Shown: one piece after another, positions 51,231 to 63,329 of the stretch | Layout of the letters: each line of letters starts with the position of its first letter | How positions within the stretch are numbered: position 1 is the stretch's first letter | Source of the DNA: Octopus sinensis | Taxonomy: Eukaryota | Assembly (NCBI RefSeq): GCF_006345805.1 | Contig: NC_043006.1 | Coordinates: 13,020,001 to 13,084,000, forward strand | Length of the DNA stretch: 64,000 bases | Direction: 5' to 3' | Program-made: the position numbers and the translations under genes | Notes under the pieces: model-generated | What the model was told of the DNA's origin: nothing | The model's database searches: none | What the model saw: the letters and a program-made list of their open reading frames with translations, nothing else

Positions 51231-51362
51231 TGATTGTTTTTTTTGTTGTTCTTTTTTTCAATTTATCAAAATACTTTATTTTGGGATGGGATACTATGTT
51301 TTCCTTTCTTTTTATGCAAACCATCAAACTTTAGTCCTACCTTCCTATATATATATATTGTT

Positions 51363-51851
51363 TGGCATCCTTTCTGTCTCGGGAGACAATGGAGTTGCGC
51401 ATTTTTTTTTTTTTTTTTTTTTTTCTAGGTCTAGTCCGGCTGTTATATTTTATTTCCTGTTACATTTCTTGCTGTGGCTGTGTAGTCCTATCCTGGACAA
51501 ACACTCCCTCTGGCAGGTACTGCAAATGTAGCGAAGACTGTTCCTGGCTGATTGTAGTGCCATGGTCTCTTGTTTATGTCTCTTCCTTTCTTTCCATTTC
51601 TCCTCTCTCTTTCTGTCACTCCTCTGTATACCCTCTTTTACTGTACGTCGCCATTCTCCACGGTTGCCGGCGACTGCCTCCCAACCGCTAATGGTTGATG
51701 TTGCAGGCCTTCATATCCCTTTTGCAAACATCCTTGTAACGCAAGATCGGTCTACCCACAGACCTAGTACCCCTAGCAAGCTCTCCGTAGAGTATGTCCT
51801 TGGGGATTCTGCCATCTTTCATACGGCTAACAGGCCCAAGCCATCTCATAC
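51363..51851 (-). mobile_element. 5'-truncated RTE-clade LINE
   Basis: RMRWLGPVSRMKDGRIPKDILYGELARGTRSVGRPILRYKDVCKRDMKAC; C-terminal YICSTCQRECLSRIGLHSHSKKC*; tail CTCCATTGTCTCCCGAGACAGAAAGGATGCCA. Confidence 0.9.
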
Positions 51852-51878
51852 GTATGAGATGGCTTGGGCATGTTAGCC

Positions 51879-51914
<36 letters not shown>

Positions 51915-52045
51915 TTATTTATTTTATAGAATGAAACAGTTCTAGTTCTGTAGAAGCTCCTTCTATGAAATAAATTACTTTACTCTGCTATGTATTGAGT
52001 ACCTTATTTACTGTGGTTAACCCCGACTCAACCCGGGACCTACAT

Positions 52046-52074
<29 letters not shown>

Positions 52075-52076
<2 letters not shown>

Positions 52077-52315
52077 TGGCAAAAATGGTAAGATAACAAA
52101 AGAAATAAAGAGACCTCAATATTATGTAAACAGAGGAAATTTATCTGTAAAATAATATGTGACAATTATTCGGTAGCCAAGTTAAAAACTCTGATTTTCG
52201 GATGCCGAGGTGGCCAGATAACCGAAGAGATGGTGTTGTGGATTTCCAACTCGGCATCCGAAACTCAGAGTTTTATCTTGGCTACCGAATAATTGTCACA
52301 TATTATTTTACAGAT
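52075..52315. mobile_element. Penelope-like terminal repeat folded into a hairpin; hammerhead motif 52213-52282 (+)
   Basis: Arms 52143-52209 / 52250-52315; CCGAAGA-GATG...CATC-C-GAAA with stem I GCCAGATAA/TTATCTTGGC. Confidence 0.6.
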
Positions 52316-52321
52316 GTATCT

Positions 52322-52358
<37 letters not shown>

Positions 52359-52547
52359 GGTTAATATATATGGTTAATGGACAATATGTCCAATTTTTCG
52401 GCATATTTGGCATTAGAAATTTTTTCGCTTGCCCTTATTTATGAATTGTTTATGATTTAAACCTTTAAAGGTATTTTTTAATATGCTGGCCATTGATAAC
52501 ATTTTTTGGGGAAAATAATTTTTTTCAAAAAAATTTTATCCTACATT

Positions 52548-52625
<78 letters not shown>

Positions 52626-55206
52626 TACGTGTACAAATATATACTTATATAGAAACCCATATGCAAAGACATAGTCCTGTCAGCTGGAGTGATGAGTATA
52701 AATGACCTTAGATAATTGTGACACGACTCCTTCCATTACGATGAACTTTATACCCTACATTTACTGTAAGACGCTTTTTACTTGCTGGCAATGGACTCCA
52801 CTTAGCAAGACGATAATTATCTTCACGTTATAATTATTAGTGCTTGGTGATGTTTTCTTTGGCTTCCTTGCTTTCAATCTTATGCTAGTTCATAGCGTTT
52901 CTTTTATTGATCGTCTCCATCAGAAATTCTTAATATGTTACTTGACTTTTATTTCTACTACCAGTTTCTAGCGATCCGCATAATGATTCACCTATATTTT
53001 TTTAATATATATATATATTACAAAAATATATGATTTTGCTTTAAAATTCAGGTATGTAATTATTATATCTATTTTTAATGGGTTAGTTGAAGAGTATGTC
53101 TTCTGTATTATCAAAATATGTTCCATATTTTTTAAGGAAAACTGTTTCCTGATTATACATACAAACTGGATATGCTAATCGTTGTATTTTTTCTGACCAT
53201 GTGTTTTCAAAACACATTCGATTCATTCAAGTAAAGGGACATCAAATCACCGCGGTTTTTTGATCTGCTTGTTTTCTTCAGTCGAAGGTAACTTGGATAA
53301 AAGAAACTAAACATGAATTGTAGCTCTTGCTTAAAGGTATCAGCAAAAATTTATTTGCTGATGCATTCTGATGAATGCAAAACCCATAATAAATCGTCAA
53401 CGTACACAGAAAACAGTGAAAATTTACATTCGATTCTGTCGGAACGTGTTAAGAATGATTAGGTATGTGATTACTTTGATGTTAAATTTATGAAAATTCG
53501 TTGATGTCTTTGTAAGCTCTATAGTTGGATATGATACTTTCTAATTAAGACACAAAGTCAAACGCTTAAGAAGCACGAGTTACTCAATATCAACACCAGT
53601 ACTTCAATGCTACTTTATTTTATCGATCTCGAAATGACGTACGGCAACGTTGACCTTGGCAGGATTTGGACTCGGAATATAAAGAACCAAAATGATATCA
53701 CAAGTCATTTCCAGACGCTCCAACGATTTCCCTGCTCACCGCTTTTCAGTTTGTATGGGTTTGTACGTCTTAGCAACGTGTACAATGTTTTCTTAATTTT
53801 TTAACAACTTATGTAGTTGCTAGCATCTGTAGACATTCCGTAGGTACCCTCACTCTTGCTCTAGCAGGTTATCCACGATGTAGCAGCTGGGTAGAGAGCC
53901 AGTGGGCGGCAACAGCATCCGGTTAATACGCATTACACATCATAAGGCTGATTGCTCAGTCCCTATATTGAATGCGTGACTATCGTAATACGACGAACAA
54001 CATAATCACTACGTCTAGCCCCAAAACCATAATGAAAATATAACTTCATAGTATAAAACTGTATCAAACATATTTCATATTTCCATCATCACGCAGGAAA
54101 TGCTGCAATATATATATATATTTATTATATTTTTATTTATTCTATCAATCTACCAGCATTTCTTTCTATAACTTTATCTGAATCTATTTACCATCCGTTT
54201 GCGTGTCTATAGAAATCGTTCCACACAGTAAAGACTAAAATCATCATCTATAAACACACATGCAACGGAGATTGTTATTTAACTACATACACACCTACGT
54301 ATACTTACGCTAAAAACAATAAATAAATAACCATGATTCTATTTGTCAACAGAAGTACAATCTGCATTAAATTCCTTCGCTGTGTATTATTGTGTGAGTC
54401 GTTAAAATAATATTAGAGACACAGTGATATCGTTTTGGTCTTTTTTTTCCAGCGCGACTCTGTAGTTAACAAGTTAGGAAATCTTAATGATATTTTCCAC
54501 ACATTTCACAGAGAAGCATTCTTGCTCCAGTGAGTATTATTTTGTCTTTTGTAAAAAACGAATATCATGATATACAAATTATTTCTCATAAATTTCACAC
54601 TTGTAAGGGGTTTTATTATCGATTTTCCCCTGTTTTCGCTTCATGCGTGAAAGCCTCATGTTTCGAAGAGAATATTTTCCTGCAAATCATTCAGCAGCAT
54701 TCAGAAATATATCAATGCAATGTCTTTGTTTAGTAAACGTTTCAATTGGTTAAGATCTCTCGTCCCTGTATTACCGTCGTCCTACCGATAGACCATTTCA
54801 ATTCGAGAGATTCCAACATCTATACACGTAGTCTTCACGATGCCCATTAACAAATATAAGGTTAAAAGTTGAATGTAGCTGATCTGCAGTAGGAAGAGTT
54901 CAAGACAGACAGATATATTTTGGATATTCTCACGCGTTGGAGGCCAGAACGGTCATCGTATTAACGCTCAAAAAGAGAAAAAATGAACAAAAAAACAAAT
55001 TAAAAATGGTGATTTTAATGAAGCTCTTCAATGGGAATTATTTTATATATATATTACCAGTGCTTATGGATTATCAAACAGGAAATTTCTTACGTAATGA
55101 ATATTAACGTTACTTTTCAAATCTCATACAGAATTTGCATGATGCCTTTTCAATAAATTACCACTTTTGAGACGTCGGCTCACCAAGTCCCACCGAGTAG
55201 CCTGCT

Positions 55207-55312
<106 letters not shown>

Positions 55313-55485
55313 ACAAAACACAGCGTTGTAGAGGAAGCAAAATGGTGAAACATAGACAGAGAGCAGTTAAGATAAACCCTGGAAGCGTATAATTACTCTG
55401 TCTCTCAAACACTCTCACTCATTCTCTCCCCCTTTCTCCCTTTCTCCATCTATGCAGTTGTATATGTATGTATGTATTTATATAT

Positions 55486-55532
<47 letters not shown>

Positions 55533-55670
55533 AGAAAAACTATTGGAGATTCAGTATACATCACGTGGCAAAAGTACGAGTTGAAAATATACGAAAAACA
55601 TAAAAAGTGGAAGAAAAATGCCTTCGCTTCACATAGTTTAATTCCTTTTTATAAAGAAATTTATATATAA

Positions 55671-56065
55671 CTAGCAGTATCGCCCAGCGTTGCTCGGGTT
55701 TGTAAGGGAAATAACTATATAAGCATTTTTAGAGATGTAAAGTATAATTGCCATCTCAATATGGTTAACCACAAAGGGGGGGATTACTGTAGCTTTTTAC
55801 GTTCTGAGATTTATTAATAAATTTTTAGAGAGTTACTTCCCTTATATACGCCAAAAATGCATTAAAAATGAAAACAATTCATGGAAAATTTGTTTTTAAA
55901 TCGTAGATTCATCGTAGACGCGCGCTAATACCCATAAGGGCTCGATATGAATCACGACTATGAGATACCCGGTTTTGGTTACACTGCACCGCAAAATGTG
56001 GGAGTAGTTAGGAATCTAAATCGTAGGAGACAGACAGCACACAGCCTCTCTTTTATATATAAAGA
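55671..56065 (-). mobile_element. Non-autonomous Helitron (family H1)
   Basis: A|TCTTTATATATAAAA ... hairpin-CTAG|T. Confidence 0.9.
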
Positions 56066-56306
56066 TATGGATAACGGTGTTGAAATGATCCATTTTCCAT
56101 ATACTTGTGCCTTATTTTATTTTTTTTCCATGTCCCAGAATGACAGTTTTCTGGTGTTGAGGTTTTTGAACGAAGTGTGACTAATGCGGTTTTTAATTAG
56201 ACGTGTTTTCATACGGGTTGGGTGAATTTTGCAGTGTATCTTTTAAGGCATAATTTGTGAAAATGTTAGTAAAGAATTCGTTTAATGTAGCGCATAGTTC
56301 GCTTAG

Positions 56307-56694
56307 GTGGAGGCGCAATGGCCCTGTGGTTAGGGCAGCGGACTCGCGGTCATAGGATCGCGGTTTCGATTCCCAGACCGGGCGTTGTGAGTGTTTATTG
56401 AGCGAAAACACCTAAAGCTCCACGAGGCTCCGGCAGGGGATGGTGGTGATCCCTGCTGTACTCTTTGACCACAACTTCCTCTCACTCTTACTTCCTGTTT
56501 CTGTTGTACCTGTATTTCAAGGGGCCAGCCTTGTCACTCTCTGTGTCACGCTGAATATCCCCGAGAACTACGTTAAGGGTACACGTGTCTGTGGAGTGCT
56601 CAGCCACTTACACGTTAGTTTCACGAGCAGGCTGTTCCGTTCATTCGGATCAACCGGAACCCTCGTCGTCGTAACCGACGGAGTGCTTCCATCC
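56307..56694 (+). mobile_element. SINE-C full-length with 11-bp TSD
   Basis: AGTTCGCTTAG at 56296-56306 and 56695-56705. Confidence 0.95.
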
Positions 56695-57850
56695 AGTTCG
56701 CTTAGATTTTGACTGGGATTCTCTGTAGATTGCTTTCCTTTATCTTTTTCTCAGTCCTTTCGGGCTTGATGGCATAGTCCATCGATTTTGTTGGTTAGAG
56801 TGACTAAATTTGTGTTGATTTCTTTTAATTCCTCAAGGATGTCCTCTTTGGTAATTTTATCCGATGAGGTGGAGGTAGGTTTCGCAGGCATTTTGTGCAC
56901 CACGTGAGGTAAATAGTAGAAATATAAACATATAAAAGGAGCAAAAATACTGGTGATTCGGTATACACCACGTGGCAAAATCATAAGTTGAAACTATGTG
57001 GAAAACATATATAAAAAGAGGAAGAGAAATGCCTTCGTTTCACATAGTTTAATATCATTTTATAAAGAAATTTAAATATATATATATATGCACACACATA
57101 GTTTATGGATGTCGTGATATGCAACTAGTTTTCGCTATTTATATTTATATATGTATGTATATATATATACACACACACAACTATATATATAAAATATATA
57201 TATAACTATATATATTATATATATATATATATAAATATCTATATACCTATATATATATATATATTATATATATATATACACACATACATATATAAACATG
57301 CATACTCACACAGATATAGATATATAAATGCATACATACATACATACATACATACATACGTACATACATACATACATACATACATACATACATACATACA
57401 TACATACATACATACACACACATATGCATACATATATACGTGTATGTGTGTGTATGTGTGGTGTCTCATATGGGTATAGATGAACACATGCACATTTGAA
57501 AATCTACATATTGTAAACAAACTAATCGCAAGCCAATACATTCTGCTACCGATCAATGGAAATTTCACAAACGCACACCTGAAAACCATTCACCTAACTC
57601 TGGAATGTAGGGAAGTTGACTTTGAGCGAACAAAACATGTAATATAAAACAGTTCGCGTGTTTTACAGTCGTGAGATTTGTTTGCACTCACTTCATCGTC
57701 TTTTATATCTCTACATCTTTTCATATTCTATACTAGGCAGTGATTCTGAAAATAGCGTGTTTAAACCAAAGAGCTGCATCCATTTATTGGCTTCTTGGGT
57801 TCGAAAAGAACTGGCAAATAGAATGTGGTTTTGGAAGAAACATGTCAAAC

Positions 57851-57888
<38 letters not shown>

Positions 57889-58404
57889 TTAGTTTGTGGA
57901 AGTATATCTTACAAGTATAGATATCCAGCATAATAAAATGCAGATGAAATTTTCAATTTGAAAGCCACATTGTATTTTATTTAAATTGTTTCTGCAATTT
58001 TATAATGCTTATTGAAATATATTTACCACTATTTTAGTAGCTCTAATATATATTGGGTGAATTTTATTGTGTGAATTTTCATGTAGGTTAAAATTAAGGT
58101 CAATCGAAAACTATAAAAAACAGAAACATTTATCATAGCTAAAATTTTTACCGTTCCTTCTTTGTTTATCGTACCATACGTAAGACATTAATTCGAATAA
58201 GAAATATCATTAAAAATGTGTTTTGTGTTAACATAAAATTTGTGTTTTATGAACGAATATACCATACGGCGAAACTTCATGTTGATACTTTCTATTCTCT
58301 CTGCTTTCATGTTGCCATCAATCAGAAGGCTACCACATATAAATATATATGCGTCTGAGAGATTGCGTATTTATGTATGCATGTTAAATCTATATATATA
58401 TACG

Positions 58405-58495
<91 letters not shown>

Positions 58496-58634
58496 ATCGA
58501 TCATAAGAATGCTATGTACATATACACTCATGTTTATATATATATATGTGTGTGTTGTGTGTGCGTATTTATATAAATTTATATATGTATATACCATATA
58601 TATCTATCTATCTATCTATCTATCTATATATATA

Positions 58635-58665
<31 letters not shown>

Positions 58666-59300
58666 CCATCAATCATAAGAGTGCTATGTACATATACACT
58701 CATATTTATATATATATTTATTTATTTATATGTGTGTGTGTGTGTGTCTGTGTATGCGTGTATTTATAAGTGTGTATGTGTGTGTCAGTATGTACAAAAT
58801 ACATTATAAAAAAAATATACGGAAGAATCAAAAATTTTATCAATATTTTTTCCCCCGTTTACCTGTAGGATAGTTTTACATCAAGAACCATCCCTGTGTT
58901 AAATCTATGTGAAGAACAAAGAACAAAGTTCGTGTGAAGTAGATATCCTCAGACTTTCAGATTTCAAAGGAAGGAGTGATGTGGCATGACATGACTTTCG
59001 ATTTTACGTCTTGATGTAGCAACATTCAAAGCGAACTCGGTGCAAGCTGCTAGATTTCCTTGAGGTGCCAAATATTACTTCTCGAAAGACAGTGATTAAA
59101 CCCGATGTTGCTTTTTCCGATGAGTTTAGTGGAATTCTTTCCAACGTAACTGTATTCTCCTCAATTGAGTGGCATTTTTTTGTAAAATTAGTGGTATTCT
59201 CTTATGTTTAGTGCCGCTCTCTTTATTTTAGGGACCTTCGAAAATTCAACATAATTATAATTAAACAAATTACCTGCAGTTTGTAATCAGGAGTGGCTCA

Positions 59301-59467
59301 TAGGCGCAGGAGTGGCTGTGTGGTAAGTAGCTTGCTAACCAACCACATGGTTCCGGGTTCAGTCCCACTGCGTGGCATCTTGGGCAAGTATCTTCTGCTA
59401 TAGCCCCGGGCCGACCAATGCCTTGTGAGTGGATTTGGTAGACGGAAACTGAAAGAAGCCTGTCGTA

Positions 59468-59518
<51 letters not shown>

Positions 59519-59715
59519 TTGTGTTTGTCCCCCTAGCATTGCTCGACAATCGATGCTGGTGTGTTTACGTCCCCGTCACTTAGCGGTTCGGCTAAAGAGA
59601 CCGATAGAATAAGTACTTACAAAGAATAAGTGCCGGGGTCGATTTGCTCGACTAAAGGCGGTGCTCCAGCATGGCCGCAGTCAAATGACTGAAACAAGTA
59701 AAAGAGTAAAAGAGA
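59301..59715 (+). mobile_element. SINE-B
   Basis: Near-identical to other copies. Confidence 0.9.
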
Positions 59716-59814
59716 GAGAGGTAAATCCTATTTCGAGACACGTTGAACGGCTGTATAATAAATGCTGGCTTCACGTCTCAGCTTCCTAATATGAATCTCA
59801 GTCCGTTTATTATT

Positions 59815-60270
59815 GGTTTCAAATTTTGACACAGGGACAGCAGTTCTGGGGCAGGGGGCTAGTCGATTACTTCGATCCCAGTACTCAACTGGTACTTATC
59901 TTGAAATCCCAAAAGGATGAAAGGCAAAGTCGAACTCGGCGGAATTTGAACTCAGGACGTAAAGACGGACGAAATGCTGCTAAGCACTTGTCCGGCGCGG
60001 TAACGATTCTACCAGCTCACCACCCTCAGTACAATTAATATTGGCTTCAAAATTTTGGCATTAGGCCTGAAATTCTGTGTAGGGAGTGAAAGGATGAGGG
60101 TTGAGTCGACTACATAGACCCCCAGTACTCAACTGATGCTAATTTTATCGCCTCCGAGAGGATGAAAGGTTAAGTTAACATCGGCGGAAATGGACGTCAG
60201 AACGTAAAGACGGACGAAATGACGCTAAGCAATTTGTCCCGCTCGGTAACGATTCTGCCAGCTCGCCGCC
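59815..60270 (-). mobile_element. Two tandem diverged SINE-A copies
   Basis: Core and head motifs twice. Confidence 0.75.
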
Positions 60271-60351
60271 ATCGGTACGTTTAAATTTGACAAGTTCATT
60301 TCCTTTTACAAGTATCTTTGATACATGTAAATTAGAAAATAATAATATTAT

Positions 60352-60687
60352 AATAAAACTGAATCGGCTGGCTCTTCTTTATCTTATCACCTCAAAGATC
60401 CAAGTGCTTTCGCCGTTTAATTGGCAGTCTGTTTCCTATATTTGCATTCTGTACACTCCATTTGAAGGACAATTTTCTTGGTGGTTTTAGCATTTTTGTG
60501 AAAGATACGTTTGATCTGACCACCTCTTTATTTTCTATCGTAACGTTTCTTACCTTGGGCACAAAATGAGGCTGTACCAGCCTTGTACTGTGAGACCTTG
60601 TGAAAAGTATGTTTCCTGCAGTTTTTACCTTTGCAGCAAGTTCCCCGGGTTTTGGGGACGTTCACCATTTTCAACGCTAAGCAAAAG
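60352..60687 (-). pseudogene. RPL36A: Processed pseudogene of 60S ribosomal protein L36a/L44 (eL42), full CDS plus 5' TOP-like leader
   Basis: ATG at 60668: [98 protein letters not shown]; intronless; nonsense codons, 6-nt deletion, frameshift; leader CTTTTGCTTAGCGTTGAAA. Confidence 0.95.
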
Positions 60688-60904
60688 TAAAAAAATGCAG
60701 GAAACCTACTCTTCACAAGGTCTCACAGTACAAGACTGGTAAAGCCTCATTGTGTGCCCAAGATAAGAGACGTTACGATGGAAAACAGAGAGGTTATGGT
60801 GGTCAGCTCAAACCTATCTTTCACAAAATGGCTAAAACCACCATGAAAATTGTCCTTCGAATGGAGTGTACAGAATGCAAATAGAGGAAACAACTGCCAA
60901 TTAA
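60681..60904 (+). pseudogene. RPL36A: Inverted partial RPL36A copy (about codons 13-87)
   Basis: [69 protein letters not shown]. Confidence 0.95.
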
Positions 60905-62734
60905 TATAATGATAAATAGTGAATATTGTGATTGTGTAAATAAGTAACTGATGTTAATACTACTGTACTTGAGTCTCTGCTAGAAGGTAATTTAAAAGCG
61001 ATGAGGTAACTTCAACATGAAACAGTATTCATTTGATTATATTTCGGGAATATAAACGGCTGCAATGTTACCAAAGTATTACATTCTTCTTTTTAGAAAT
61101 TAATAAGTCTCTAATTTTCTGTCCTTATCAGTTTATTGGTCACTTGTAAAACATTATCTATGATTAGTAGCCGACTGATATTTATTTCTCTTCAGAAATG
61201 TATTCGACAGAAAATACTAAATTTATGGAGCCAAACCAATTGCAATTAGTCTACAGGACTAATTAACTTTAAAAGAAAATTAGATAATGCCTCTAAGGAA
61301 AGTATAAATGAAATCAAATTTATGTGTCGCAGCGAAATTCTCCTAAACAAGAAATAATAATAAAAAAACATGGCGTATTTACAAATTCCGAAAATACATA
61401 CCAATTAAACTCAACGAAAGTTCGAAATTGGAAGCACCATTTTTTTTTCTTTTTTACGCAAAACTTTACATCATAAACAATTTGGATAATATATGCTTTT
61501 CAGTGGAATCTCAGTTTTATTCGCGATAGCTTCACATATTTTGTTGATAAGTTACGTTCCTCAATTATCATCGAACATTTTTTATATATATTATTGCGAA
61601 GTCTTTGAAACTTCAAAAATTTTCGAATAGAATTTTAGGAGCGAAGTAAAAGAGAGAAGTATGATTAAAGTACGTGGTAATGAGAGAAATTGCGTTTTTA
61701 TGGAGAACGACTATGACATTATGGTTATGAACATAATGAAGCCTAGAAATACATTGCTTTTAAGTTTATAAAAAGAAAAATAATACCGATCTTAAGACTT
61801 AGTTCCAATGAAAAATCTCAGGAAAAAGAACGTGTTCGAAAATTACAAAGTGATCTCATCATGCCAAGACGGAAGCTCATCAACTGAAGCTTATCTTGCC
61901 AAGACCAGGATGAAAAAAAGGCAGAACATTAATTTTAACCTTGAGACACACTAGAAAAAGAACAACCTGAAATAAATTGTTAAATCGAAGAGCGTCGAAA
62001 TGCATTTATTATTCAAGAATGTACTTAGTGGAATAATACTCTCAGTCGATTATACCATTAGACATAAAATATAAATTGAGGATTTCAGACGGAAGATCTT
62101 AGATACTATTGTTAAATCAACGCCAAAGATTTCTAGACATTAGACAAACCTAATCCGCTATTTTTTTTCATTTTTTGAATTATTAAATACTTTGCGCTAG
62201 GTTAAATAATTTCAATTTCTATTAGACACAATAGTCCCCAATTCCCACTGAGGATTTTAAATACTATTGTTAAATCAGCACCAGAGATTTCTTGAGACTA
62301 AAACACTAATCCGTTCGTTTGTTTCTCTTTAAAGAATTAAATATTTTTGATTAGGTCAAATAATTCCAATCACTATTAGACGCTATAGCTCCATTTCACA
62401 CTGACGATACGACTTCCTTCTTCTGTTTCGAATTGGCGCTTTTAATTTATAATTTCATTTTACTTTGAAAATCTTAGCATTTAATTAATTTATAATATTT
62501 AGGGTATTTACCGACTTCTATAGCGCATTTCTTTCAAAAAGAACGCCATAGACAATTTTCCTTGGCTTTCAAAGCCTTGTGGTACTGATAAGTGCCAAGA
62601 GGTGATTCAGATGCTTTCAGTACCCGATAAAATGAACTGCACACATTCGTCTTACAAAACTGCTAGCCAGAGCAATTAATATATTCTAACTTAACTATAA
62701 ATATCAGCAGTACATATTTTGGTAAAAATATGTT

Positions 62735-62962
62735 TCTTTATTACACACAAGGGGCTAAACATAGAGAGGACAGACAATGACAGACAAACTGATTAAGTTG
62801 ATTGCATCGACTCCAGTGCGTAACTGGTACTTAATTTATCGATCCCTGAAAAGATGAAAGGCAAAGTCGACCTCGGCGGAATTTCAACCCAGAACGTAAC
62901 GGCAGACGAAATACGGCTACGCATTTCACCCGGCGTGCTAACGTTTCTGCCAGCTGGCTGCC
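62735..62962 (-). mobile_element. SINE-A monomer
   Basis: All family motifs. Confidence 0.85.
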
Positions 62963-63329
62963 TTGAAATAACTGTATAAATGGCGTTGGCCATGCTTGTA
63001 AACGAAGTAGCGTTTAATTGTAAACATCATGTCATTTCCACTACATTTCATAAGTTGAAGCCACGATAGTCACAATAAGATACATTCATAAAGCTTGAAA
63101 TTAATCTGCAATATTTGTTTAAATAATAGAGACGAAAAGTTTATGTTTGCGTGAACAAAGGTAAGACTGCCCTTCTTCATAAAACTGTTAAATTAACTGT
63201 GCAATATTTCTTTACTTGATTAACGCAATCTACAGTTTTGTCATATCGTCATCCAATTTTAAACGTTCAGATTATCATTACTGCAACATAATGGAGCCAT
63301 AGAGAAAACATTCTTACGCAATTAGTCGT

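Larger units (their letters stand above)
50540..53287. repeat. Dispersed direct duplication (50540-50830 and 53045-53287)
   Basis: Shared GGATTATACATACAAACTGGATATGCTAATCGTTG...CACCGCGGTTTTTTGATCTGCTTG; second copy lacks about 15 nt. Confidence 0.85.

Noticed and set aside
53336-53395. CTGATGA next to small hairpins
   Set aside because: No downstream stem II plus GAAA, so not a hammerhead
56307-56380. tRNA-like sequences with A and B boxes
   Set aside because: Heads of tRNA-derived SINEs that continue into the SINE body; no complete cloverleaf or terminator
60342-60916. Possible TSD around the RPL36A structure (TAATA..ATAAA on both sides)
   Set aside because: Only loose AT-rich similarity, expected by chance
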